Source: a virus. Taken from it: a stretch of DNA of 64,000 bases. Below, piece by piece: positions 24,401 through 33,846 of this stretch (positions are counted from its first letter, which is position 1; every line of letters begins with the position of its first letter). The translations under genes were made by a program, and so were the position numbers. Location: positions 1 through 64,000 of IMG/VR virus record IMGVR_UViG_3300045988_075249; one strand, written 5' to 3'. Below the pieces are notes generated by a model. That model ran no database searches, had not been told where the DNA came from, and saw nothing but the letters and a program-made list of their open reading frames with translations.

Positions 24401-24712
24401 ATGGTTATTACTAAACATAGTAAGCAGAGAATTGTTGAAAGAACCAATGGGGTGTCTACTTTTGCAGAAGCAAAAAGATTGGCTAAGCAAGCTAGGATTT
24501 CTGGTAAAACGCTTAATCATTTCCAAAAGTATCCTAAATTCTTTTCTTATCTTCAAAATAAAAAGAATCAAACCAATGATTGTTCCATCAGGGTTTATAG
24601 GGGCTGCATTTATATTTGGAGAGGAAGAAACAAGGCTCTCGTAACTGCTCATCCTATACCCGAAAGATACATCAAAGAAATGGAGGAGATTGATAATGGC
24701 GTGGATAATTAA
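24401..24712 (+). CDS. hypothetical protein (103 aa)
   Basis: Supplied ORF after a promoter/leader motif. A weak resemblance to small toxin-like HxxR proteins is not asserted. Confidence 0.45.
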   Translation: MVITKHSKQRIVERTNGVSTFAEAKRLAKQARISGKTLNHFQKYPKFFSYLQNKKNQTNDCSIRVYRGCIYIWRGRNKALVTAHPIPERYIKEMEEIDNGVDN

Positions 24713-24884
24713 GGATAATAGAGTAAAACATGAAATTAAATGTAACTCCTGTGACAGCATTATTGGATTTACTAAAGAAGATATAAAAGAGGATATTTTA
24801 GAGGTATTCGGAGAATATATCTTTTATGCGAGAGTAAAATGTCCTGCCTGTGGAAACTATATTGTCGTAGAGGCTAAATACTAA
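24690..24884 (+). CDS. zinc-ribbon small protein (CNSC...CPAC), 64 aa
   Basis: Supplied ORF. Confidence 0.45.
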   Translation: MIMAWIIKDNRVKHEIKCNSCDSIIGFTKEDIKEDILEVFGEYIFYARVKCPACGNYIVVEAKY

Positions 24885-24901
24885 AGAAAGAAGGTGTAAT
24901 A

Positions 24902-25222
24902 ATGAAGCTGTGGATCGATGACCTGCGGCCGGCGCCCTTTGGATACCGCATTGCTAGAAGCGTAAATGAGGCTATCGAGATAATTGAGACATATGAGATT
25001 ATGCACCGAATGAGCGGTGGAAAGAAAATCTATGAAATTGAATTGATAGATATTGACCATGATGCCGGAGATTTCTTTCAAGATGGCGGAGATTATATCA
25101 AAATTCTTGATTGGATGGAAGTTACTAATAGAAACTACCCTATTCATATCCATAGTATGAATCCTGTTGGAATAGAAAATATGTGTCGTATTATTCAAAG
25201 AAATGGATGGAGAGAAGTATGA
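24902..25222 (+). CDS. cREC-like receiver domain protein (LWIDDLRPAP...IDHD...HSMNPVG)
   Basis: The N-terminal K-LW-x-DD-x-R-x-P signature and the D-H-D and HS-NP-G motifs match the cyclic-phosphate-processing receiver (cREC) domain described in RNA-repair operons, recalled from memory. Confidence 0.5.
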   Translation: MKLWIDDLRPAPFGYRIARSVNEAIEIIETYEIMHRMSGGKKIYEIELIDIDHDAGDFFQDGGDYIKILDWMEVTNRNYPIHIHSMNPVGIENMCRIIQRNGWREV

Positions 25223-25623
25223 GAGCATTTCTTATCGTTTCTTTTTCTGGATTCATTATTTTCCTCATTTCGTACAATATAGCTTTTTACAATAACGGAG
25301 AAACAAAACTTAATTTATCAACCTTTAGAAAAATATATAAAATAAATCCCCGGAAATGGTCGGTAAAAGAAAAATGGGAGGATAGCATTAAACATTTGTA
25401 TTACAGCGGTCATAAAGTTAAATTAAGCTTCTTGGCTTTTTGTTATTTTCGATGGGATAGAATTTTCTCCAGATTTACCGAAAACAGAAAAGACCAAAGA
25501 GATACTTTAATTTGGGTACTGCAAGATTGTCAAAGGGACATTGAGATATTAAAAGAAAAATCAGAACGCCAAATCCAAGACGCATTGGAGCAGCAAAGAA
25601 AAATTTTTGAGAGATGGGAGTGA
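25219..25623 (+). CDS. membrane protein (N-terminal TM helix) with a coiled-coil C-terminus, 134 aa
   Basis: ATG at 25219 (GGAGAG RBS) inside supplied ORF 25183-25623. Confidence 0.45.
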   Translation: MRAFLIVSFSGFIIFLISYNIAFYNNGETKLNLSTFRKIYKINPRKWSVKEKWEDSIKHLYYSGHKVKLSFLAFCYFRWDRIFSRFTENRKDQRDTLIWVLQDCQRDIEILKEKSERQIQDALEQQRKIFERWE

Positions 25624-25627
25624 TTAA

Positions 25628-26425
25628 ATGACAATTTTTGAACGAGTAAGAGAGCATTATGATGAAGCTCTTACCCATTTCACAGAAGACCAAGTTGTGG
25701 GAATCTTTCTTCAAGGTTCTCAAAACTATGGACTCGATACTCCGCAATCGGATGTAGATACAAAGCTAATTGTAGTTCCTAGCTTTAAAGACATTGCTAT
25801 GAACCGCAAGCCAGTTAGCACAACTCATATTCGAGCAAACGATGAACATACTGACTGGAAAGATATTCGCCTCTACATTCAGACATTCCGCAAACAAAAC
25901 TTAAACTTCCTCGAAATTCTTTACACAGACTTTGCTATTGTTAATCCCATCTATGAAAAACAGTGGAATCGTTTAATTCAAGCAAGAGAAAGGATTACTC
26001 ATTTTAATCCTTATCGTTCTGTTCAAAGTATGAAGGGTATTGCGCTAGAAAAATATCACGCTATGGAGCATGAATACCCAAGTAAAGTTGAAGTTTTAAA
26101 GAAGTATGGTTACGATCCTAAACAACTCCATCATCTTGTTAGAGTAGAAGATTATCTTGGAAGATATATCGCAGGAGAAAGTTATGAGAGTTGTTTAAAC
26201 CCAGGCCCATTCAAACAAGAGCTAATAGAAATTAAGATGGGCAAATATTCTCTCGCGGAAGCTAGGATTGTGGCAGATAAATCTAAGGCTCATGTGGAAG
26301 AAATGGCAGAGTATGCGTATTCTATCTATCCAAATAAAGAAGACGCGGAAGTCAATGCTCTTCTTGATGATGTGCAATATGAGATTATGAAATTAGCGGT
26401 TGAAAGGGAGTTGAATAAAAGATGA
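25628..26425 (+). CDS. Pol-beta superfamily nucleotidyltransferase (GS-x9-DVD motif: GIFLQGSQNYGLDTPQSDVDTKLIV)
   Basis: Canonical minimal NTase-fold motif near the N-terminus; 265 aa; TAG-free. Confidence 0.6.
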   Translation: MTIFERVREHYDEALTHFTEDQVVGIFLQGSQNYGLDTPQSDVDTKLIVVPSFKDIAMNRKPVSTTHIRANDEHTDWKDIRLYIQTFRKQNLNFLEILYTDFAIVNPIYEKQWNRLIQARERITHFNPYRSVQSMKGIALEKYHAMEHEYPSKVEVLKKYGYDPKQLHHLVRVEDYLGRYIAGESYESCLNPGPFKQELIEIKMGKYSLAEARIVADKSKAHVEEMAEYAYSIYPNKEDAEVNALLDDVQYEIMKLAVERELNKR

Positions 26426-27291
26426 TTAAGAATTGGCTCGTGACTGGAGATACACATGGGCGAGTTATGGAGCGCCTTTCGCAGATAGATAGCGATAAGT
26501 ATATTCCTGACGAAACGGCTATCATTATTCTCGGTGATGCCGGAATCAATTACTTCTTGAATAAGACCGATGTAAAAAACAAGAAGTCTATTCAGGCAAG
26601 TGGCTACACTATTTATTGCGTCAGAGGAAACCATGAAATGCGGCCGGAGCGTCTTCCCGCAATTAACTGTGCCTTTGACTTTGAAGTTCAAGGTATAGTG
26701 CGCTATGAAGAGGATTATCCTCATATTAAATATCTTGTCAATAATCAAATCTACAAATTTGGTGATTACTCTGCTCTTGTTATTGAAGGAGCCTATTCAG
26801 TAGATAAATATTATCGCCTTGCTGGAACTGGATTAACTGGGGAAGAGGATTATGAATTAGTCGCCAAGAAAGCTGGATGGTTTAAGGACGAACAGTTATC
26901 CGCGGAAGAAATGAATTTTGCAACATTGGTAATCAAAAATAAGCAAGTTGATTTTGTTCTTAGCCATACTTGTCCGCTCTCTTGGCAACCAGTAGATCTT
27001 TTCTTATCTGCCGTAAACCAGTCAACAGTAGATAATACGATGGAAAAATGGTTAGACTCTTTAAAGAATGAGTTTCAGTGGAAAATTTGGTTGTTCGGCC
27101 ATTTCCATAAAGATAGAATTGAACGACCCCACGTAGAGCAGTTTTTCCAAGATATTCAGCCTATTGATTCTATCTATAATAGATGGTATGGAGAAAAAAC
27201 TATTCACAAAGAATGGTACTTAGAAAAGTCGCCTAATTACTATTTAAAGGGTGATACGCCTTTCGATGAAGATTTAAAGGAGGAGCTTTAA
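26422..27291 (+). CDS. calcineurin-like metallophosphoesterase (GDTHG...GD...GNHE)
   Basis: Metallophosphoesterase motifs I-III are seen; 289 aa. Confidence 0.65.
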   Translation: MIKNWLVTGDTHGRVMERLSQIDSDKYIPDETAIIILGDAGINYFLNKTDVKNKKSIQASGYTIYCVRGNHEMRPERLPAINCAFDFEVQGIVRYEEDYPHIKYLVNNQIYKFGDYSALVIEGAYSVDKYYRLAGTGLTGEEDYELVAKKAGWFKDEQLSAEEMNFATLVIKNKQVDFVLSHTCPLSWQPVDLFLSAVNQSTVDNTMEKWLDSLKNEFQWKIWLFGHFHKDRIERPHVEQFFQDIQPIDSIYNRWYGEKTIHKEWYLEKSPNYYLKGDTPFDEDLKEEL

Positions 27292-27312
27292 GCCCTCCTT
27301 TATTTTTTTATT
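27277..27312 (+). terminator. rho-independent terminator (aaggagg...cctcctt plus T9)
   Basis: Seen in the sequence; overlaps the CDS stop. Confidence 0.6.
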
Positions 27313-27361
27313 TTTTTATGATATAATATATATAGAAAGTTAAGGAAAGGAAGTAATTTAT

Positions 27362-27532
27362 ATGATGCCTTATGTATGCGAAGGAACAATCGTAAAGACT
27401 CTTAATGGTCGAGAGGGCAAGGTAGTTGGTGTTGATCGAAAGAATAGGATCGCAGTTATCTACAATGGAAAAACTTCCTATACCGAGAAACTTGAAAATA
27501 TCAGAGTTGTTTCTTATAAGGAGGTAGAGTGA
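27362..27532 (+). CDS. small KOW/SH3-like protein (56 aa)
   Basis: ATG after the class-B leader; EGKVVGVDRKNRIAVIYNGK. Confidence 0.4.
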   Translation: MMPYVCEGTIVKTLNGREGKVVGVDRKNRIAVIYNGKTSYTEKLENIRVVSYKEVE

Positions 27533-27534
27533 AT

Positions 27535-27813
27535 ATGCCTGGTCGTAGAACTTCTAAGTTTACGAAGGATCAAAACGCCCTTCTTCAGGGAGAGGTTATG
27601 ATCATTCTTGCGGAAAGTGAAGAGGCATTAACTATTGAAGAAATTCAAGCAAGATCAATTACTCTTACAGGACTTTCTACTCAAAAGATTGCAAGACTAC
27701 TCGGCCATTTGATTGAAATGGGAAACGTAACAAAAGCAAAGAGTAAGAGTCTTGGTAAGATGGTATATAAATCATTGGCCGTGATGAGGAGGCAGGGATA
27801 TGATGTTTATTGA
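27535..27813 (+). CDS. winged-helix DNA-binding protein (92 aa)
   Basis: AGGAGG RBS; LTIEEIQARSITLTGLSTQKIARLLGHLIEMGNV is a helix-turn-helix-like stretch. Confidence 0.5.
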   Translation: MPGRRTSKFTKDQNALLQGEVMIILAESEEALTIEEIQARSITLTGLSTQKIARLLGHLIEMGNVTKAKSKSLGKMVYKSLAVMRRQGYDVY

Positions 27814-28053
27814 GGACACCTTTGATGTTATCTTCACTATTTATCTAGGTAATTAGGTTATTGAGTAGTGGAGAATGCAAGCTCCTAGACCTTTTATTGA
27901 AGCTCAATTCATTTAGATAGTTCAGCAAATTGCTTCTTAGAAGTAGCCTATGAAAGTAGTAGTATCAAGAGAAGAAGTGATTTGGGACTAGTTTGAGCAA
28001 AAACATAAAGTTCTTCCAATAACTATGGAATTTCAAAACTATAAGGAGTAAAG

Positions 28054-28392
28054 ATGGAATTATACAACTTATATGCAGGCTTGAGCGGTGGATTTGGTGG
28101 TTACCAATATCATTGTACTGAGGAGTATAATTCTAAAGATGAAGCTCTGGAAGCCGCGAGGCAACTTGCTATTGAAGAATATCAATCTTATGAAGGTTGT
28201 CATGGGCTAACTTCTGAAGAAGATATTCTTGAGCAATATTTGAAAGACAATGGGTTATCACATGATGAACTAACTGAATCTGACTATGAAGAAATCTGGG
28301 ATATGTATATGGAAGAAGTTGAAGGTTGGTTGTCCTATTTAGCAACTACCATAGAAGAAGATCCTGATCATGATAGATATTATGAATGGTAA
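28054..28392 (+). CDS. acidic hypothetical protein (112 aa)
   Basis: Supplied ORF. Confidence 0.5.
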   Translation: MELYNLYAGLSGGFGGYQYHCTEEYNSKDEALEAARQLAIEEYQSYEGCHGLTSEEDILEQYLKDNGLSHDELTESDYEEIWDMYMEEVEGWLSYLATTIEEDPDHDRYYEW

Positions 28393-28409
28393 GAAAGGAG
28401 TACGATAAC

Positions 28410-28571
28410 ATGGGTGGTTATTACGGAGATATGGATACTTTTATGATAGATGAAGGTATCCTGAATAAACTGGTCACATTCGGTTCATATGATGGCTTGC
28501 TCTTGGCAGGAACAATCAAGTATGTTATCAAAATGGATAGTGATTTCCTTATTGGAATTATCCCTGATTGA
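28410..28571 (+). CDS. small hypothetical protein (53 aa)
   Basis: GAAAGGAG RBS then ATG at 28410, inside supplied ORF 28386-28571. Confidence 0.35.
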   Translation: MGGYYGDMDTFMIDEGILNKLVTFGSYDGLLLAGTIKYVIKMDSDFLIGIIPD

Positions 28572-28689
28572 ACTCCAGAAGATGTAGATGCTAAGCAAAA
28601 GGAAGATACAGGTATAGCTTTTGTACCTCTTTCTCGACTAATTAATTCAGATATATTTAAGATTTTTATGTAATGAGGAGGCATGAAAG

Positions 28690-29963
28690 ATGGCTTATTT
28701 TGGTCTGGTGACTAAGATTCAGAACGTGCGGAAAGATCCGAATTCCGATCGGCTATATCTGGCGGATTGTTTTAGTGAGGGCGTAATCGTAGGCCCTGAC
28801 ATGAAGACCGGAGATCTGGTGCTCTATCTGCCCACCGATGGAGAAATTGAGCGTTGGTTTGGCAATGAGTTTTGCCTTTTCCGCAAGAATGAGGATGGAT
28901 CTGTTCAGGGTGGATACCTTAAAAATAACGGCCATGTGCGGGCTATTAAGCTCCGCGGCAACCAGTCTTCTGGTATTGTCATTGCTCTTGATCGAGTCTA
29001 TGAAAAGTTTGGTGACCAGCATTGGAGTGACGGAGATAAAGTAACTACTATCAATGACAAGGAGTTTTGCCGTAAGTATATTCCTAAGCGAAAGAGCAAT
29101 TCTACTTATGGAGTAAAAACTTCTTACAAAGGACGCAAAGCTGAGGGGATTACTTATCCTGAGTTCTCTATGCACACTGATACTGAGCAGCTTGCATATA
29201 ACTTTGATAAGTTCCGTGAAGGCGATAGACTGAACATGACCCTCAAAATGCATGGCACCTCTCAGCGTTCTATGAATACTTATGCAGAGCTTCCTAATGG
29301 TTTCTTCCGTCGCCTTTTCCATATGAAGAAGCGTACTAAGCAGGCTTATGTTCTTGGAACTCGCCGTTGCGTAGTAACTGAAAACTCTCAGGGATACTAT
29401 GGAAACGATCAGTTCCGTATGCCTCACCATGAAGCTCTAAAACCTCACCTTGAGCCAGGTATGGAAGTTTTTTACGAAGTAGTAGGCTACTATGGGCCCA
29501 ATGAAGAGAATACTATTATGCCTATTGGTGATAATACTAAGGTCAATGACAAGGCTTTTGTAAAGCAGTTTGGTAAACGGTCTATTTTCTCTTATGGCTG
29601 TGAACCCGGTCAGAGCAAAATGTATATCTATCGCATTACCTCTGAAAACGGAGAGAGAGAGTGGACTCCTGACGAAATCACTGCCTGGTGCGATTGGCAT
29701 GGTTTTAATCGCGTTCCTGTAATTGAGAACTTTACATTTACTACTGTTGAGGATCTTTAGGAGCGCATCAATAAATACTTCGAGGATCTTGCGGATCCGA
29801 TCGGCCGCACCCATGTTAAGGAAGGAGTAGTTATCCGAATTGTAAATCGGCGCACCTTTACAGCCTTCAAGTCAAAAACCTTTGAATTTAAAGTTATTTC
29901 TGGGATTGCTACAGAGAGCGTAAATTCTAGTAATATTTCTGAAGATATTCTTGCGGAAATGTA
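28690..29963 (+). CDS. RNA ligase with an N-terminal tRNA-binding (Myf/EMAP-like OB) domain; nucleotidyltransferase motif I KMHGTS; 1 in-frame TAG at 29758
   Basis: N-terminal FGLVTKIQNVRKDPNSDRLYLADCFSEGVIVG...GDLVLYLPTDG fits the tRNA-binding OB consensus (vgkV..v..hpdADkLyv..vd.G). LTLKMHGTS is the K-x-(D/H)-G ligase motif. The ORF continues through the TAG to the TAA at 29961. Confidence 0.5.
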
Positions 29964-30059
29964 ATTTACCCACAAATTTAAAAAAAAAGAGGGTAAAATG
30001 ATTAAATCATCTCCTTTTATTTCTTATATAATGTAGACAATAAAAAGGAGATGATTTTT

Positions 30060-30923
30060 ATGCCAAAAGCATTAGATTTAACTGGTCAAAAGTTTGGAAA
30101 ATTAACCGCTTTACGTAGATTACCAAATCAAGGTCGTAGAACTATTTGGGAATGTTAGTGTGACTGTGGTAATATAATCCCCGTCCGCGCAGAAAATTTA
30201 AGAAGTGGGCATACTACCTCATGCGGATGTAAAAAGAGAGAGCCATCTAAAAAATTTGTTGATTTAACAGGACAGAAATTTGGGGAATGGACAGTATTAT
30301 CAAAAGCAGAGAAAGAGAGCTACTGGCTATGTGAATGTTCTTGTGGAGTAAAAAGAGAAGTATATGCCCCATCATTAAAGAGTGGAAAATCTCTTTCTTG
30401 TGGACATTTATTTAAAAATTAGATTCGTAATCCTATTATAGGAAGCAGATATGGAAATTTAATTGTGTTAGAACAATTTAAAGAAAATGATACTTGGTGT
30501 TGTAAATGCTAGTGCGACTGTGGAAATATCACGATTGTAAAAAGACAAAATTTAACTTCTGGGAATACCTAGTCTTGTGGTTGTATAATCTCAAAAGGAG
30601 AAGCTAGAATAAAACGGATCTTGCAAGAAGCAAATATACCCTTTATTTCTCAATGGACGCCACAGGATTATCCAAATCAAAAATGTAAATTTGATTTTTA
30701 CATAGACAATAAGTATGTAGTAGAGTTCGATGGTCCATAGCATGAAGGTCAAGTAAGTGGATATTATACTAAAGAAAAAGTAGACGCTTTAATGCAAAGA
30801 GACTAGGAAAAAAATAAATATTGCCTATCTCACAATATTCCTTTATATCGTATTCCATACGAATATAGAGATACAATAACCTTAGAGCTGCTAACGGATG
30901 AAAAATTTCTCGTTAAATCTTGA
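30060..30923 (+). CDS. HNH/DUF559-like nuclease with triple LTGQKFG...CxCGN...SCGC zinc-ribbon repeats; 6 in-frame TAG
   Basis: The motifs WEC[TAG]CDCGN, GNT[TAG]SCGC and EFDGP[TAG]HEG place the recoded residue in the conserved DG-x-QH position. The RBS is embedded in a 14-bp hairpin (30005-30018 / 30043-30056). Confidence 0.6.
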
Positions 30924-30927
30924 ATTA

Positions 30928-30958
30928 AAGGAGAGTCATATCTCTCCTTTAATTTTTT
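30928..30958 (+). terminator. rho-independent terminator (aaaggagag...ctctccttt plus T-run)
   Basis: Seen in the sequence. Confidence 0.65.
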
Positions 30959-31006
30959 AATAAAATATGATATAATATTTATATAAAGGAAAAGGAGTAT
31001 AACAAA

Positions 31007-31546
31007 ATGTATAGAAAGATACTTATAATTGTTGATGCTCAAAATGATTTCATCACTAGGGCGCTAGGTACAAAGGAGGCGGATGCCGCAGTTCCTAATA
31101 TCGTTGATCTAATTAAACGATTCTGTTGGGAAGAAATTATTTGTACCATGGATACCCATGATGACGATTACTTCGATACTTTGGAAGGAAAGAAACTTCC
31201 TGTTAAACATTGTATTAAGGCAAGCGTGGGCTGGTGTATGGATTCCAGAGTCGTGATTGCGTTGAATAACAAGTTTAATTATTATGAAAAAGACACCTTT
31301 GGCAGTACCGATATGGTTAATGAGGTATATGATTCTCTAAAGATGAAGAATCCAGAGGAAGTAGAAATTCATATCTGCGGATTTTGTACCGATATCTGCG
31401 TTATGGCTAACGCGGTTATGCTTCGTGCAGCGTTGCCAAATACTAGAATTATCGTTCATTCTAGTGCGTGCGCAGGAGTAACTCCAGAATCGCATGAGGC
31501 AGCGCTAACTATTTTCAAAGCTCAACAGATTGATGTGGAGGATTAA
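31007..31546 (+). CDS. pncA: nicotinamidase / isochorismatase-family hydrolase (PncA-like)
   Basis: ILIIVDAQNDF followed by a conserved Cys (ICGFCTDICV): the cysteine-hydrolase signature. Confidence 0.65.
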   Translation: MYRKILIIVDAQNDFITRALGTKEADAAVPNIVDLIKRFCWEEIICTMDTHDDDYFDTLEGKKLPVKHCIKASVGWCMDSRVVIALNNKFNYYEKDTFGSTDMVNEVYDSLKMKNPEEVEIHICGFCTDICVMANAVMLRAALPNTRIIVHSSACAGVTPESHEAALTIFKAQQIDVED

Positions 31547-31549
31547 GAA

Positions 31550-32134
31550 ATGATTAGTCTGATTAACACGCGCAGTCATTGGACAGATGTAATTGAGCAA
31601 AATCATTTTCCCGATGGAACGCTGCATATTAATATGCCGCCCAATTATTTTGATTACGATACCGTTCTTTGGGAGTATGAGAACGATGCAGAACTGTTCA
31701 CTCTAATTTGCGTAAAGGGACACTTTAAAGATTGTCCCTTGAGGCTCGATATGCCATATATTCCTCATGCCATCGCGGCTGCTCGACATGGTAGAGTTGC
31801 AAACACTTGTAATAGAAGTGAAAATTATGTTGGTTATTCAACCAAATTTGGTGATTCCGCGGGAGATTTTTCAATTCTGCACAATTACACAGTAACAGAA
31901 GTTAAAGAGATTGGTTTAGAACTTGGTCTACCGGAGAAATTTATAGAAAAAGTTCCAGAAGATGGATTAACTGGACTCTCAGATGAAGAGAATCTAGGTT
32001 TTTCTTATAAAACTCTTGATAACTTTTTGCTATATCGTATTACTCCTCCGTATGAAGTATATAAAAATATTGAGCAGAGACACAAGAGAAACCTACATAA
32101 AACAGAGGAAATGCCAATCTGCCCCTTCTTTTAA
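31550..32134 (+). CDS. NAD synthetase (NadE)-like C-terminal domain protein lacking the N-terminal SGGxDS PP-loop
   Basis: GYSTKFGDSAGDFSILHNYTVTEVKEIGLELGLPEKFIEKVPEDGL vs E. coli NadE [44 protein letters not shown], recalled from memory. No PP-loop in the first 80 aa. Confidence 0.5.
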   Translation: MISLINTRSHWTDVIEQNHFPDGTLHINMPPNYFDYDTVLWEYENDAELFTLICVKGHFKDCPLRLDMPYIPHAIAAARHGRVANTCNRSENYVGYSTKFGDSAGDFSILHNYTVTEVKEIGLELGLPEKFIEKVPEDGLTGLSDEENLGFSYKTLDNFLLYRITPPYEVYKNIEQRHKRNLHKTEEMPICPFF

Positions 32135-32137
32135 ATA

Positions 32138-32168
32138 AAGAGAGCTTTACGCTCTCTTTATTTTTATA
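32138..32168 (+). terminator. rho-independent terminator (aaagagagc...gctctcttt plus T-run)
   Basis: Seen in the sequence. Confidence 0.65.
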
Positions 32169-32197
32169 TTTTATTATGGTATAATATAATAAAGGAA

Positions 32198-32932
32198 GTG
32201 ATTAAAGTGAGCGTATACGCTATTAGTGATCTTCATGGTATGTTATGTCTTTATCAAGAGGTAAAGAAATTTTTAAAACCAGAAGATAAAGTTTATTGCC
32301 TGGGCGATTGCGGCGATCGGGGACCTGATCCTTGGGAAACCATTAAAGCAGTTGCCGCAGATCCGCAATTTATCTACATCAAGGGTAATCACGAAGATAT
32401 GCTTGTCAATGCAATGAGAGAATATGCGAAGTATGAATGTTTCGACAGAGATTATGCTTTGCTTTGTTTTAATGGAGGGAAAGACACCTTTGAAGGTTGG
32501 ATAAGTGATGGTGCGAACCCTGATTGGTGTAATTATTTAAGTAAGTTACCTACTTATATGGAATACTGCAATAAAGACGATGTTAAAATAGCTCTTTGTC
32601 ATGCAGGGCTTACAGCAGGTTCTAATCCAAATACAAGAGATTTAATCTGGGATAGAGAACATATTTGGGATACTTACTATGAAAATAATACTATCTGTGT
32701 TCATGGACATACTCCTATCCCCGGTATGATTAGAGGCTATAGAGGAAGTCTAAAAAATTTCTTTGGAGCGAGAGAAGACTCTTATGTTGAGGGTGCTTTT
32801 TGGTACTGCAATGACCATAAGGTAAATATTGATTGTGGCAGTTTCTTTACTGGACAAACCGTTCTCTTAAATCTCGATACCTTTGACGAGCATATTTTTA
32901 TGGTTGATATGGAGGATAAACAGTATGAATGA
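32198..32932 (+). CDS. metallophosphoesterase (lambda-phosphatase / ApaH-like; DLHG, GDxxDRG, GNHE)
   Basis: Motifs are seen; GTG start at 32198 or 32207. Confidence 0.6.
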   Translation: MIKVSVYAISDLHGMLCLYQEVKKFLKPEDKVYCLGDCGDRGPDPWETIKAVAADPQFIYIKGNHEDMLVNAMREYAKYECFDRDYALLCFNGGKDTFEGWISDGANPDWCNYLSKLPTYMEYCNKDDVKIALCHAGLTAGSNPNTRDLIWDREHIWDTYYENNTICVHGHTPIPGMIRGYRGSLKNFFGAREDSYVEGAFWYCNDHKVNIDCGSFFTGQTVLLNLDTFDEHIFMVDMEDKQYE

Positions 32933-33770
32933 CCAACTTGGTACTCGTATGAAGGAGTTTTATGAACAGGTACCTAAAACTCGCCTCATGCGCAGAACTC
33001 CAGTAGCAATTAGAATTGATGGAAAAGCATTTCATACCTTCACTAAAGGATTTAAAAAACCATTTGACGAAGTGTTAGTTGAAGCTATGCAAGAAACTAC
33101 AGAGTATTTGTGCAGAAATATTCAAGGATGTGTTCTTGGATATACACAAAGTGATGAAATAACTCTAATTCTTGTTGATTACAAGAAATTAAATAGTGAA
33201 GCGTGGTTTGACTACGAAGTTCAAAAGATGTGCTCTGTTGCAGCATCTATGGCGACAATGGCTTTTAATAAAGCTTTTCATCGAGCGATTGAAGCATACG
33301 AAGTTGATTGGAAGTGTTCTCTAACTCCGCAAAGTGTAGAAATCCGACAGAAACATCAAGAATATATGAAAACTTTACGGATGGCAAGCGCAAAAGGTGC
33401 TATGTTTGATGCACGTGTTTTTAATATCCCAAAAGAAGAGGTAACAAATCTCATTTACTGGCGACAGTTAGATGCCATTCGCAATTCTATTCAAATGGTT
33501 GGTCAAGCAAATTTTTCTCATAGTGAACTTCAGGGTAAGTGCAGTAGTGAAATTTTAGAGATGCTTATTTCCAAAAAGGGGATAGATTGGAATAGTCTAC
33601 CGACCTATTTGAAGAGAGGTTCTTGTTGTATAAAAGACTGCGAAGAAACGGAAAGAGAAGATGGCTCAATTCATTTTAAACACTATTGGTTTATTGACCT
33701 TAATATTCCTCTATTCAAAGATGAAGGTAGGACTTATATTGAAGAACTAATTCAACCAGTTGAGATTTAA
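32925..33770 (+). CDS. Thg1-like protein (tRNA-His guanylyltransferase / 3'-5' polymerase family)
   Basis: VAIRIDGKAFHTFTKGFKKPFDE and YTQSDEITLILVD match the Thg1 motifs VVVRLDGRNFHRF...FAKPND and YGQSDEYSF, recalled from memory. The ATG at 32925 overlaps the upstream stop. Confidence 0.6.
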   Translation: MNDQLGTRMKEFYEQVPKTRLMRRTPVAIRIDGKAFHTFTKGFKKPFDEVLVEAMQETTEYLCRNIQGCVLGYTQSDEITLILVDYKKLNSEAWFDYEVQKMCSVAASMATMAFNKAFHRAIEAYEVDWKCSLTPQSVEIRQKHQEYMKTLRMASAKGAMFDARVFNIPKEEVTNLIYWRQLDAIRNSIQMVGQANFSHSELQGKCSSEILEMLISKKGIDWNSLPTYLKRGSCCIKDCEETEREDGSIHFKHYWFIDLNIPLFKDEGRTYIEELIQPVEI

Positions 33771-33782
33771 AATAAAAATCTT

Positions 33783-33830
33783 TTGATATTTTATAAAAAA
33801 TATATTATAATATTTATAGAAAGTTAAATG
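33783..33830 (+). promoter_or_regulatory. class-B promoter (TTGATA-17-TATAAT plus leader TATAGAAAGTTAAATGAATGGAGG)
   Basis: Seen in the sequence. Confidence 0.55.
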
Positions 33831-33846
33831 AATGGAGGAAAGCAGC

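Noticed and set aside
28753-29430. Supplied 225-aa minus-strand ORF
   Set aside because: It is antisense to the RNA-ligase gene. No motifs are present.
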